A model generated the notes under the pieces. The model had not been told where the DNA came from and searched no databases. It saw only the letters and a list, made by a program, of their open reading frames with translations. The translations under genes and the position numbers were made by a program. 64,000 bases of DNA from Woeseiaceae bacterium (GTDB lineage Bacteria > Pseudomonadota > Gammaproteobacteria > Steroidobacterales > Woeseiaceae): assembly GCA_028289545.1 (NCBI GenBank), contig JANQPG010000048.1, positions 200 through 64,199 on the forward strand. Direction: 5' to 3'. The number at the start of each line of letters is the position of its first letter. The stretch's first letter is position 1. This document shows positions 29,694 to 38,934 of this stretch, piece by piece.

Positions 29694-30842
29694 ATGAACC
29701 CGTCCATTCGATCCACAAAAAACCCTGCGATAAGAAATCTCATTGCCATAGCGGCACTGTGCCTGTCGCCGCTGGCGATGGCCGGCGAGATCGAGCTCTG
29801 GGAAGACTGGGAGCTTGGCTACGGCGGCATGCTGCACACGGATACCGTCAGCTTCAGCGACGATTTGACGCCGCTCGACAACTCGACCGACTTCCGGCGA
29901 GCGAGGGCCCGTCTGCAGCTCGCCAATGACGACTGGCGTATCCGGGCCGACTACGACTTCGGTATTGCCGAGGGTTTTCGCAGCACCTTCGTCGAGTACA
30001 GCGGCTTTCGCAAACAGCGTATTGTCGTCGGCAACCAGGTGGCGCCGTTTTCCATGGAGGATCTCAAATCGTCCCGCTCGATGGGGCTGATTGAACGCTC
30101 GATCGCCAGTGCGCTGAGCCCGGGAATGCTGACCGGCGCCTCCTGGCGAACCTGGCGCGACAACTGGAGCCTGCACGCTGGCGTATTCGGGGATGCGCTC
30201 GACGATCTCGACCGCCGCCGGCTGCCCGGCCGGAGCGTCATTTCGCGGTTCACCTACGCGCCGATCAACCAGGATGGATTCACCGTGCACGTCGGAGCCG
30301 CCGTCGAGTTTCGCAACATCGACAGCGACGAGCGGGTACGCCTGCGCGCGCGGCCCGGTTCGCGGTTGACCGACCGCAGGCTCGTGGACACCCGCAGCAT
30401 CGACGGTGTCGACTCGAGCAACACGTTTGGCCTCGAGTTCGGCCTGTCCTACGATCGTCTGAGAGTGCAGGCGGAGATGATCCGCACGAGCCTCGACGCC
30501 ATCGACGGTTCGCTCGACTTCGGCTCACAGTACATCATGGCAAGCTACGTGATTGGCGGGCGTCCCTACGCCTACAGCCACAGCCGCGGCAACTTCAAGA
30601 CGGTGCGCCCCGAGGCTTCGTGGGGTTCACTGGAGCTGCTTGCCCGCGTTGCGACGCTCGATCTCAACGACGGCACGGTGACCGGCGGCAAGCAGCGGGA
30701 GACGACGGCCGGTATTGCGTGGACCTACAACAAACACGTCCGGGTCATGCTGTCGCTGTCGGACATCAAGGCGGAACCCAACCGCGACGGACTCGACGAA
30801 AGCGTCACCGTCGGTTCGCTCAGGCTGCAGTTGACGTTCTAG
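29694..30842 (+). CDS. outer-membrane porin, OprO/OprP (phosphate-selective porin O/P) type
   Basis: Signal peptide ending LAMAGE. Alternating beta-strand composition. Terminal LRLQLTF. ATG lies 3 nt after the hydrolase stop, with an AGAGGA Shine-Dalgarno. Confidence 0.75.
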   Translation: MNPSIRSTKNPAIRNLIAIAALCLSPLAMAGEIELWEDWELGYGGMLHTDTVSFSDDLTPLDNSTDFRRARARLQLANDDWRIRADYDFGIAEGFRSTFVEYSGFRKQRIVVGNQVAPFSMEDLKSSRSMGLIERSIASALSPGMLTGASWRTWRDNWSLHAGVFGDALDDLDRRRLPGRSVISRFTYAPINQDGFTVHVGAAVEFRNIDSDERVRLRARPGSRLTDRRLVDTRSIDGVDSSNTFGLEFGLSYDRLRVQAEMIRTSLDAIDGSLDFGSQYIMASYVIGGRPYAYSHSRGNFKTVRPEASWGSLELLARVATLDLNDGTVTGGKQRETTAGIAWTYNKHVRVMLSLSDIKAEPNRDGLDESVTVGSLRLQLTF

Positions 30843-30881
30843 CGCTACGGTTCAGGCGGGCGTTCTGTGCGCCCGCCTCCG

Positions 30882-31439
30882 TCAGCCCTTTCCGCTACCG
30901 ATGACGAGCGTGCCGTCGTCCTTGAAGTGATAAGGCGGTATCCGGAGGTTTGCGGGTGCCGGGTTGCCCTTGAACACGCGCCCGGAGAGATCGAACTGGC
31001 CGCCGTGGCAGCTGCACAGAAATCCATCGAAATCATAGCCCTCGATTTGCCCGCGTCTGATCTCGCTAACCGGGCAGCCCAGGTGGGTGCACGTAAGGTC
31101 AACGACGAATATCTCCGGGTCAAGCGAGCGGTAAGGGTTCCGAGCGGATTCCGGCTGTATCGACCCCTCGGATTCAGGATCCCAAATCCTGTCATCGTCC
31201 GCTTCTATGATCCGCAGCATGGCGTCGGTTCGCCGTTGAACAAGGACGGTTCGGTCCTTCCAACTCGCGAGCATGGATTGCCCCTTGCCAAGCCCCCGAA
31301 CATCGACTTCAACGTCCGGGCCGGGAGCTTCGGCCTGCCGCAGCATCCTTCTGAAATAGGCCAACAGAGAGGATTTCGGGAGTACATAGAACGCCGTGGC
31401 AAACCCGCCGACAAATCCGAGGATCGTGCCGATGAGCAC
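30882..31439 (-). CDS. Rieske [2Fe-2S] protein, PetA-like, orphan
   Basis: Rieske boxes CTHLGC and CSCHGG. One N-terminal TM helix. The GTG 31439 start is questionable (see findings). No cytochrome b/c1 gene is adjacent. Confidence 0.85.
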   Translation of the reverse strand: MLIGTILGFVGGFATAFYVLPKSSLLAYFRRMLRQAEAPGPDVEVDVRGLGKGQSMLASWKDRTVLVQRRTDAMLRIIEADDDRIWDPESEGSIQPESARNPYRSLDPEIFVVDLTCTHLGCPVSEIRRGQIEGYDFDGFLCSCHGGQFDLSGRVFKGNPAPANLRIPPYHFKDDGTLVIGSGKG

Positions 31440-31629
31440 CCTTCGGTTAACGGTGTCGGACGCGTTGTTTTTGGGGTCTTGCGTTTCGATGTCCGAGATC
31501 TCCCGAGTATGCTCTGAAGCTTACCTTAGCCTGAGGTGCATTTTGTATACTGCCTGCATGAACTCAACACACCGTCGCACTGGCCTTTCGTCGGCACAAA
31601 CAACCAGGTATCCCGAGAGTGCGGCGCGT

Positions 31630-31796
31630 TGATCGCACATAACCGTTGCTGCCAGTGCAGCCATACCTGGAACGACAGGCCGTACGGCTACGCGCGTCAG
31701 TCTTCGTGCCCGCGATGCGGCTCGAAGTACTGGGTCTGGGTCAACTACGAAGACCGCGAATCCGCACGGAGCGAACGAACGACGGACAGCAAATAG
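31630..31796 (+). CDS. possible 55-aa zinc-ribbon protein
   Basis: TTG 31630 after GAGAG. CCQC...CPRC four-Cys arrangement. GC-rich third codon positions. No homology evidence available. Confidence 0.3.
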
Positions 31797-31861
31797 TGTC
31801 GTAACCGAGAACGTCGACGGGGGATCTTTGTCATCGCCCGCACGAAACCGGGGGGAGCACT

Positions 31862-32305
31862 ATGGCAAGAGTCAGACATCGCGTCGGTATCGTCGGCGAT
31901 ATCGGCGCAATCTACAAAACGCTGCACGAGCCTGCGGGCCTTGACGGCTGGTGGTCGACAAAGAGTGACGGAACGCCCGCCGCGGGGCAGACGCTCACGC
32001 TACAGTTCGCCGAACTGGCCGTTCTATCGTTCAGGATAGCGGCACTCGAAGACCGCCGGCGGGTGAGTCTGCGCTGCGTTTCCGGCCCCGGCCCGTGGCT
32101 CGACAGTTCGCTGGAGTTCGTTCTCAGGCAGGATGCCGATCAGGTCTGGGTGGAGCTCGTTCACGAAAACGAGGCGGCAACCGAGGACGACTTCTTGTAC
32201 TTCTCCACGAAGTGGCCCTGTTATTTACTGAGCCTGCGCGATTTGATCGAGAACGGGCAGGGGCGTCCTTATCCGCGCGACGTGAAGATCCATTACGGCG
32301 ACTGA
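31862..32305 (+). CDS. SRPBCC/AHSA1-family protein
   Basis: IYKTLHEPAGLDGWWS and overall 147-aa size typical of Aha1-like SRPBCC proteins. Confidence 0.8.
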   Translation: MARVRHRVGIVGDIGAIYKTLHEPAGLDGWWSTKSDGTPAAGQTLTLQFAELAVLSFRIAALEDRRRVSLRCVSGPGPWLDSSLEFVLRQDADQVWVELVHENEAATEDDFLYFSTKWPCYLLSLRDLIENGQGRPYPRDVKIHYGD

Positions 32306-32313
32306 CCGAAGGC

Positions 32314-32343
32314 AAAAAAAGGCCGGACACGATGTGCCCGGCC
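32314..32343 (-). terminator. rho-independent terminator of the DUF5666 operon
   Basis: On the minus strand: GGCCGGGCAC-ATCG-TGTCCGGCC followed by T7 (A7 at 32314-32320 on plus). Confidence 0.7.
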
Positions 32344-32375
32344 TCCAAGCTCGCCGTTGAGTCCAGGCTGTGCGA

Positions 32376-33803
32376 TCAGTCGTCTTCGACTTCGATCTCG
32401 CTGGCGGTCAGCACGCCGTTGGCAAAGCTGCCGTCGACGTCGACAACATCGTCCACCGGGTTGCCTGCGAAGAACGTTGCGGCGTCGATCTCGTTTTCGT
32501 CGGCATCCTCGATTTCGGTATCCACGGTGGTGCGCACGGTGACGCCAACCGCCGTGAAGTCCGGGTCGGCGACAGCCGTGATGGGACCGGTGAGGCCTGC
32601 CTCTCCCGCATCGTCGTCGCGTTCGACCACGGTCAGCGTTAGCGTGCCGTTGTCGTCGAAGCCGCGCACTTCGAGATAGTCGCCGACGCTAATGCTCGCG
32701 GCGGAGAAGGTCATCAGGTCCGCAGCGCTCTGGTCGTCGAAGATCGTCTCCGCCGTGACCGTCGCAGCAACGCCCAGGAGCGTCACGCTGTTGCTGCCGA
32801 CCGCTTCCACGGCGCCGCGCAGCTCGAGCGTTCCTTCCTGCTCGAACTCGATCGAATCGGCGACGATCGTGCCGCTGGCGTTGACCTCACCTTCGACCTC
32901 GATCACAGCGTTGAGCGCAAGATCCGCGCTGCCGCCATTCTCGAAGCTTGTCGACGCGGTGGTCGTCACCGGCACTCCGTTGACGTCAAAGTCGGTCGCG
33001 GACACGAAGCGCGTAATGACACCCTCGACTTCGGCATCGTCGCCCGTGCTGGCGCCGAGACCGCTGTCTTCGAGTTCCACCCGGTTCGCGAGCAGTTCGC
33101 CGCTGCCGCCGAGCGTGCCTTCAGCTTCCACTTGCTGCCCGTTTTCGGGGGCGCCGTTCGGGAAGCCCGACAAGCTTGCGCTGCTGTAGTCGACGACAAA
33201 ACCGTTGATCTCGAAGCTCAAGGCTCCCGTGTCGACGTTACTGACAGTGCCGGAAACCTCGAAGTCGCCCGCGGTCTGCTCCAGTTCGACGTAGGTCGCG
33301 CGAATATTGCCGTTGGCATCGAAAAAGCCCGACACTTCGACCACGTCGTTTTGCGCGAGTGCCTCGATGTCCTGCGGCGTGAAGTCGTCGTCGAATAGGG
33401 TGTTGCCGGTGACCTGCACCGTCTGGCCCAGAACGACAAAGTTGTTGAGGCCGAGGTCGATCGACTCGACCGGCCCTTCGAGCAGCGTATCGAAACTGAC
33501 GGAGTCCGCTCTCGCATCCTGACCGTTCTCGTCGGTGCTGCCGACCACCGTGACCACCTGGCCAACCGACAGGTCGCTTTCTGCGCCGGCCGTGCCGTTG
33601 ATATCGAAGCTCGCGTTGCTCGTGTCGTAGCGCACTCCGTTAACGACAACGCTGCCAAACGCGCTGACCGTGCCGCGAGACACAACGGCAACCCGGCTGG
33701 GGCTGCCCCGGCCGTCAATGCCGGCGGTGGCTTCGCCGCCACCGCCTCCGCAGGCGACTATCGCAAGACAGCCCCCCAATGTTAAACACGTGTTCCTGTT
33801 CAT
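32376..33803 (-). CDS. lipoprotein made of six DUF5666-like repeats
   Basis: Lipobox AIVACGG. Six ~65-aa repeats of the form G.V......F.VNG..V......T.F...........G..VEV.G. Very acidic. Confidence 0.8.
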   Translation of the reverse strand: MNRNTCLTLGGCLAIVACGGGGGEATAGIDGRGSPSRVAVVSRGTVSAFGSVVVNGVRYDTSNASFDINGTAGAESDLSVGQVVTVVGSTDENGQDARADSVSFDTLLEGPVESIDLGLNNFVVLGQTVQVTGNTLFDDDFTPQDIEALAQNDVVEVSGFFDANGNIRATYVELEQTAGDFEVSGTVSNVDTGALSFEINGFVVDYSSASLSGFPNGAPENGQQVEAEGTLGGSGELLANRVELEDSGLGASTGDDAEVEGVITRFVSATDFDVNGVPVTTTASTSFENGGSADLALNAVIEVEGEVNASGTIVADSIEFEQEGTLELRGAVEAVGSNSVTLLGVAATVTAETIFDDQSAADLMTFSAASISVGDYLEVRGFDDNGTLTLTVVERDDDAGEAGLTGPITAVADPDFTAVGVTVRTTVDTEIEDADENEIDAATFFAGNPVDDVVDVDGSFANGVLTASEIEVEDD

Positions 33804-34615
33804 GCGTGCGATCCCTCTTTAATCGTGTTTTCTATCCAATAAGTACCCAAGCCCAGGCGCACACAGTGGCTGGCTTGCTTGTCCTCGTGCTGGCTAAGCC
33901 ACGTGTCCACGCGCTCCAGGAATGCCTGGCCCTCTCTGTCCAGGAATTGCTTGAACGCAGGAATGCTTGCACGCGGCATGCGCGTGTTGGTCGCACGCCG
34001 CTCAAAACGGGGTAGATCGTCGTCACTGCGATGCAGGTTGTAAGCCACGGTCTCGCCCACGTCCTCGAGCACGCTGCCCGACGTCAGCATTTGCTCGGGG
34101 TCCATATGCACCGGCATGTAAACGCGCATCTGCGCGATCAGTTTGCCGCTCGAATCCTCGACAACGGCGCCCACATGCTTGAGTTCCTTGAGCATGGTCG
34201 ACGGCGCAACGTCGGCCGCGTAGCGCGAGCACAAGGTCTCGAAACTCGGCCCGCGGCCGTTGACGATCAGCCGTCGCGGCTCGCCCAGCGTGTCGGTGAA
34301 CTGTGCGTCGGAATACCAGCCGCTTAAGACCCGGGTTGCGGAATTCATGCTGCCGAACTCCGCGAGCTCCTCGCTTTCGAGGATGTCCCGCAGCCGCCGG
34401 ACTTCGCGGCGTGTAAAGCCCGTCATGATCGCGACGCGGGAGATATTCGTTGGCCGGCCTCGTATCCCGAATTCCTGAGTTGCGACCTCGACGTAGGTCA
34501 GTCGGCAGATCTCGGAGAACTCCTGCCAGGTGACGCCCGCGCGCAGCAGAATCCTCGCGATCGGGCGAAACAACAAGCGGAATGCCTGGATGGCGGCTTT
34601 CTTGTGTACTTCCAT
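33800..34615 (-). CDS. hypothetical protein with HTH-like N-terminal segment
   Basis: 271 aa. RPTNISRVAIMTGFTRREVRRL looks HTH-like. The stop overlaps the DUF5666 start (ATGA). Confidence 0.65.
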   Translation of the reverse strand: MEVHKKAAIQAFRLLFRPIARILLRAGVTWQEFSEICRLTYVEVATQEFGIRGRPTNISRVAIMTGFTRREVRRLRDILESEELAEFGSMNSATRVLSGWYSDAQFTDTLGEPRRLIVNGRGPSFETLCSRYAADVAPSTMLKELKHVGAVVEDSSGKLIAQMRVYMPVHMDPEQMLTSGSVLEDVGETVAYNLHRSDDDLPRFERRATNTRMPRASIPAFKQFLDREGQAFLERVDTWLSQHEDKQASHCVRLGLGTYWIENTIKEGSHA

Positions 34616-34654
34616 AATTGAGACAATTTAGCTCAATAGTGGGTTTATAGCAAC

Positions 34655-34673
34655 CGGGAATAAGGAATTCCCG
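34655..34673. promoter_or_regulatory. palindrome CGGGAAT-AAGGA-ATTCCCG in a divergent promoter region
   Basis: 7-bp perfect arms. A second inverted repeat, ATTGAG-9 nt-CTCAAT, lies at 34617-34637. Confidence 0.3.
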
Positions 34674-34786
34674 ATGTTGGCGGCTTATGACACTAAATCC
34701 GCTGCGACTGGTCTCAAAAGGCCGCATACTGCTGCGCGATACGTCCCGCACCGGTCGGGTTGTGGGCATCAGGTTGGAGGAAACTC

Positions 34787-36841
34787 GTGCAAAAAAACCG
34801 AATTGCGGCTCTCGCCGCCATTGCCGCTTTGTTCGTTGCTCATACCGCCGCCGGCGAGGCTGCTGAGAGTCAGGCGCTGACGCGCACCGACGTCTTCGAC
34901 ATGGAGCTCGCGGTCGATCCGCAGATCTCACCGGACGGTCGCCGCATAGCGTATCTGCGCCGCTCGCTCGATATCATGACGGACCGTCCGTCGGACGCAA
35001 TCTGGATGATCGACTCGGACGGGAGCAATCATCGCCCGCTGCGGGCGACAACGGCCAGCTATTCGAGTCCACGCTGGTCCCCGGACGGCGAACGGCTGGC
35101 CTATGTGGCCAGGGCGGGCCGGCGTGGAGCGGAATTGTTTGTCCTCTGGGTGGATACCGGGGCAACCGCGTTGCTGTCCAATCTGCCCGAGGCGCCATCC
35201 GCGCTGGCATTTTCGCCGGACGGGAAACAGATCGCCTTTCAGATGTTTGTCGCCGCGAAGGCCCCGCAGCTCGCGACGCCGCCCAGCAGGCCGGAAGGCG
35301 CCGAATGGGCGCCGCCTGTTCGCTTCATCGACGAATTGCCGTATCGAGTCGACGGCCGAGGTTACCTCGAGGCCGGGCACACGCAGGTCTTTGTCATCCC
35401 GGCTGAGGGCGGCAGGGCGCGCCAGCTTACGGACGGTCCTTACGATCACGGCGGCCCGCTGAGCTGGTCCCCGGACGGCCGCTCGCTCGTGATTACGGCC
35501 AATCGCATCGACGAGCCGATGAACGATCCGCTGGAGTCCGAACTGTGGCTGATCGACGTCGACAGCGGCGACATGCGGGCGCTGACCGATCGCGACGGAC
35601 TGGATTATGCGCCGCGCTTTGCGCCCGATGGTCGCTCCGTCTATTACCTCGGTTACGACGACGAGGGCATGAGCTATCACAACGTCCATCTCTACGAGCT
35701 GACGCTTGCCAGTGGCGAAACCCGAAACCGGACGCCGGAATTCGATCGCCAGATCGACAGCTTCGCGCTGGCCGGAGACCGCCTGTACATTGCGTACGAC
35801 GACCTCGGCAAGCGCAAGCTCGCGGAACTCGGCGACGATGGCCGGATGAGGCCGTTGCTCGACGACATCGGCAGCGCCGGCGTCGGCCGGCCCTATACGA
35901 GCGGCAGTTTTTCGGCGGCGCGTGACGGTAGTGTTGCGTACACGCGCGGCAGCGCAACCCGCCCGTCCGAGCTGGGCGTCGCGGACCGTCGCGGTCGCGC
36001 GCGAACCCTGACCGGGCTCAACGACGACCTGTTCGAGGACCGCGAGGCCGGCACCGTGGAGCGGGTTACGTGGCGCTCCTCCGTCGGCGACTACGACGTC
36101 GAGGGCTGGCTCGTGAAACCCCCGGGTTTCGACCCGGAGAAGCGTTATCCGCTGATCCTCGAGATCCACGGCGGCCCCTTTGCGGCGTACGGGCCGCATT
36201 TTTCTCCCGAAATCCAGCTGTTCGCCGCACGCGGCTACCTTGTGCTCTACACCAATCCCCGGGGTTCCACGAGCTACGGCTACGATTTCGCCAACGAAAT
36301 ACACCAGAACTATCCGGGTCAGGATTACGACGATCTGATGTCGGGCGTCGATGCCGTCATCGCAAACGGCTACGTCGACGAGGATCAGCTGTTTGTGACG
36401 GGCGGTTCCGGCGGCGGCGTGTTGACCGCGTGGATAGTCGGCAAGACCGACCGTTTTGCGGCCGCCGTCGTGCAGAAACCGGTCATCAACTGGTTGAGTT
36501 TTGCGCTGACGACCGACGGGGCGCCGTTTTTCCTGAGGTACTGGTTCGACGAGCCACCGTGGGTGGACCAGGACGCGTACTGGCGCCGTTCGCCGCTGTC
36601 GCTGGTTGGGCAGGTGACGACGCCGACGCTGTTGATTACCGGCGAGCAGGACTTCCGTACGCCAATGCCGGAGTCTGAACAGTATTACCAGGCGCTGAAG
36701 CTTCGAGGGGTCGATACCGGTCTCGTGCGCGTGCCCGAGCGGGCGCACAACCTCGTCAGCCGGCCGTCCCACCTGATCGCGAAGGTGGACAACATACTCG
36801 CCTGGTTCGAACGCTACCGCAGCGACCGTAAAGACCAATAA
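34787..36841 (+). CDS. S9-family serine peptidase with TolB-like beta-propeller
   Basis: GTG 34787 after GGAGG. Propeller repeats PRWSPDGERLAY, FSPDGKQIAF, WSPDGRSL, FAPDGRSVYY. Catalytic VTGGSGGG, GEQDFR, AHNL. Confidence 0.92.
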   Translation: MQKNRIAALAAIAALFVAHTAAGEAAESQALTRTDVFDMELAVDPQISPDGRRIAYLRRSLDIMTDRPSDAIWMIDSDGSNHRPLRATTASYSSPRWSPDGERLAYVARAGRRGAELFVLWVDTGATALLSNLPEAPSALAFSPDGKQIAFQMFVAAKAPQLATPPSRPEGAEWAPPVRFIDELPYRVDGRGYLEAGHTQVFVIPAEGGRARQLTDGPYDHGGPLSWSPDGRSLVITANRIDEPMNDPLESELWLIDVDSGDMRALTDRDGLDYAPRFAPDGRSVYYLGYDDEGMSYHNVHLYELTLASGETRNRTPEFDRQIDSFALAGDRLYIAYDDLGKRKLAELGDDGRMRPLLDDIGSAGVGRPYTSGSFSAARDGSVAYTRGSATRPSELGVADRRGRARTLTGLNDDLFEDREAGTVERVTWRSSVGDYDVEGWLVKPPGFDPEKRYPLILEIHGGPFAAYGPHFSPEIQLFAARGYLVLYTNPRGSTSYGYDFANEIHQNYPGQDYDDLMSGVDAVIANGYVDEDQLFVTGGSGGGVLTAWIVGKTDRFAAAVVQKPVINWLSFALTTDGAPFFLRYWFDEPPWVDQDAYWRRSPLSLVGQVTTPTLLITGEQDFRTPMPESEQYYQALKLRGVDTGLVRVPERAHNLVSRPSHLIAKVDNILAWFERYRSDRKDQ

Positions 36842-36888
36842 TCGGCAGCGCCCAACGTGTCCGGATCGGCGCGTCCGAACATGAAAAA

Positions 36889-36916
36889 GCCCGGGCTTCC
36901 GTGGAAGCCCGGGCTG
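36889..36916. terminator. bidirectional hairpin between convergent genes
   Basis: AGCCCGGGCTTCC-GT-GGAAGCCCGGGCT, flanked by A5 upstream and a weak T-containing tract downstream. Confidence 0.65.
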
Positions 36917-36986
36917 TTCCCGATACCGTTTCGACAGCGGAGAGAGGGGGTCCTGACTGTCGCTAAGGGGGTGTGACTGTCCTTAA

Positions 36987-37586
36987 TCAGAAACGGTAGC
37001 CAAGAGTGATGCCGTAGACGATCGGGTCGACTTCGACGTCGCCGATGCCCACGCCGTTGACTTCAGCTTCGGCGTCGATATCGATCCAGCGCACGTTGGC
37101 GCCCAGGCTCCAGCGGTCGTTGAGGTCGTAGTCCGCGCCGAGCTGCGCGGCCAGGCCAAACGAGTTGTCGAGCGACAGGTCCGCGCCGGCGAGCGGCCCG
37201 CTCAGCTCTTCGTCAAAGAACAGCGTGTAGTTGACGCCGAGACCTACGTAAGGCTTGAAGGCGTTGCCAAGCTGGAAGTGATACTGCAGGCTGAAGGTCG
37301 GCGGCAGGTGCTTGGTTTCGCCAACCTCGGCGCCTCCGTCGTTCAGGTTGATATCGTGCGAAAACGGGGTGGCCGCGAGTACCTCGAACGCCCAGTTTTC
37401 GTTGAAGAAGTAGGTAAAGTTGATCCCCAGGGCCGCGCCGGCGTCGACGTTGACGGTATCGTTGTTGTCGGACTTGGGATCGACGACGTAAGGGCCCGAA
37501 CGAATTTTCCAGTCGCCGGCCTCTTGCGCGAGCGCGTTACCGTTGATGGCAAGGACCAGCAGTCCAGCTACCAGCAGTTTCTTCAT
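36987..37586 (-). CDS. ompW: OmpW-family outer-membrane protein
   Basis: Start trimmed to MKKLLVAGLLVLAINGNALAQE. NWAFEVLAATPFSHDI. Terminal GITLGYRF. Confidence 0.9.
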   Translation of the reverse strand: MKKLLVAGLLVLAINGNALAQEAGDWKIRSGPYVVDPKSDNNDTVNVDAGAALGINFTYFFNENWAFEVLAATPFSHDINLNDGGAEVGETKHLPPTFSLQYHFQLGNAFKPYVGLGVNYTLFFDEELSGPLAGADLSLDNSFGLAAQLGADYDLNDRWSLGANVRWIDIDAEAEVNGVGIGDVEVDPIVYGITLGYRF

Positions 37587-37781
37587 TAGTGTCTCCTTGG
37601 TGAGATCATTGTGAGAAATAGTCGATAAATTCGATCGCGCAAGATAAAGACCGGATGCGGCGAGGACTATCCGAAGTTCTCGCCGTGTATTACGGTTTTT
37701 GCGAATGGACACGAAACTGCCGTTTTTCCGGTTTTGGCGCGTCCTTTTTCGGCGAACCGCCATACGATTTTTCAGAGGAGA

Positions 37782-38648
37782 ATGGCCGTGAAGAGAGAGC
37801 CCGTGATCAACCGACGCCAGCTCATCCGTTCGGGTGCGGCCGTCGTCGGGTCCGGGTTGCTCGGGTTGTCGCAGGCCCGTCAGCGCCCGCTGAGCTTTGT
37901 GCTGGTGCACGGCACCTGGCACGGTGGGTGGGTTTGGCGTGATGTTGCCGCTTTGTTACGAGAAGCCGGGCACCGCGTACTGACCCCTACGTGCACGGGT
38001 TGCGGCGAACGGGAGCATTTATCGCGAGCTGACGTGGGGCTCGATACGCACATTCGCGACGTTGCAGAGGCCATTCGTTTCGCCGAGCTGGATCGGTTTG
38101 TGCTGGTCGGTCATTCGTTCTCGGGCCTGACGATTACGGGCGTGGCAGATCGTCTGCGCTCGCAGGTCGAGCGGATTGTTTTCTTCGACGCGCTCGTGCC
38201 GCGCCCCGGCCGCATGTCGGCGGTTGTGCGCGATTCGGCCAGCGGTGAGTATCCGGACTGGTGGCGCGAGAGGGCGGCGCGCTTTATCGATGGCTACCGC
38301 ATGGTGTTTTGGGAAGACTATCCGATAGAAATGCTCGTGCCCCCCGAAAACGCGGCGCTCGTTGCCCGACTCGAGCGGTTGATTACAACCCACCCGGCGC
38401 GGCAGTGGACCGATGAACTGGCGATCGACAACGGTGGCTGGGAGGGCCTGCGTCCCGCCTACGTTCACTGCGTGGGTCAGCGCCACCGGCCGAGCAGCGA
38501 TTTGATGGTTGGCCCGGCGCGCGGGCCGGGCTGGCGATTTGTCGAGCTGGACGCGCCGCGAAACGCCATGATGACCCATCCGCAGGAAGTGGCGGAGCTA
38601 CTGGTGGAGCTTGCGGGCACCGGCCCGGGCGCCCAGGCCAGCCTGTGA
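37782..38648 (+). CDS. alpha/beta hydrolase with Tat-type signal
   Basis: NRRQLIRSGAAVVGSGLLGLSQA. VLVHGTWHGGWVW. Nucleophile LVGHSFSG. Confidence 0.8.
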   Translation: MAVKREPVINRRQLIRSGAAVVGSGLLGLSQARQRPLSFVLVHGTWHGGWVWRDVAALLREAGHRVLTPTCTGCGEREHLSRADVGLDTHIRDVAEAIRFAELDRFVLVGHSFSGLTITGVADRLRSQVERIVFFDALVPRPGRMSAVVRDSASGEYPDWWRERAARFIDGYRMVFWEDYPIEMLVPPENAALVARLERLITTHPARQWTDELAIDNGGWEGLRPAYVHCVGQRHRPSSDLMVGPARGPGWRFVELDAPRNAMMTHPQEVAELLVELAGTGPGAQASL

Positions 38649-38663
38649 GCCGGTAGCGTGGTG

Positions 38664-38855
38664 CTACCGGGCGCTGGCTTCCCTGCGATGGGGGTTGCCG
38701 TCCGCGAGACGAACCTGCTCGGCTGCGGGTTCCTTTAGGGCGGCGTCCATGGCGTGCAGGCGGTTGGCGCGGTCGGCGACAGTGCCGGCGGCAAAAATGC
38801 CGGCCGCGGCGAGTGCCAGCAATCCTGTCCGGGTGTGCCTGAACGAGACGGTCAT
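38664..38855 (-). CDS. possible small membrane/secreted protein (63 aa)
   Basis: MTVSFRHTRTGLLALAAAGIFAAG hydrophobic N-terminus. No other support. Confidence 0.25.
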   Translation of the reverse strand: MTVSFRHTRTGLLALAAAGIFAAGTVADRANRLHAMDAALKEPAAEQVRLADGNPHRREASAR

Positions 38856-38934
38856 TGTCTTGTCCTCGAATTGCACGGTGACACCTAAGCCTACGGCGTT
38901 GCCGCTTGCGGGGCAATTCAACGTGTTGCGGGCG

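Noticed and set aside
34928-36838. 636-aa minus-strand ORF
   Set aside because: It is antisense to the S9 peptidase, whose propeller repeats and catalytic triad are evident. This is a shadow ORF.
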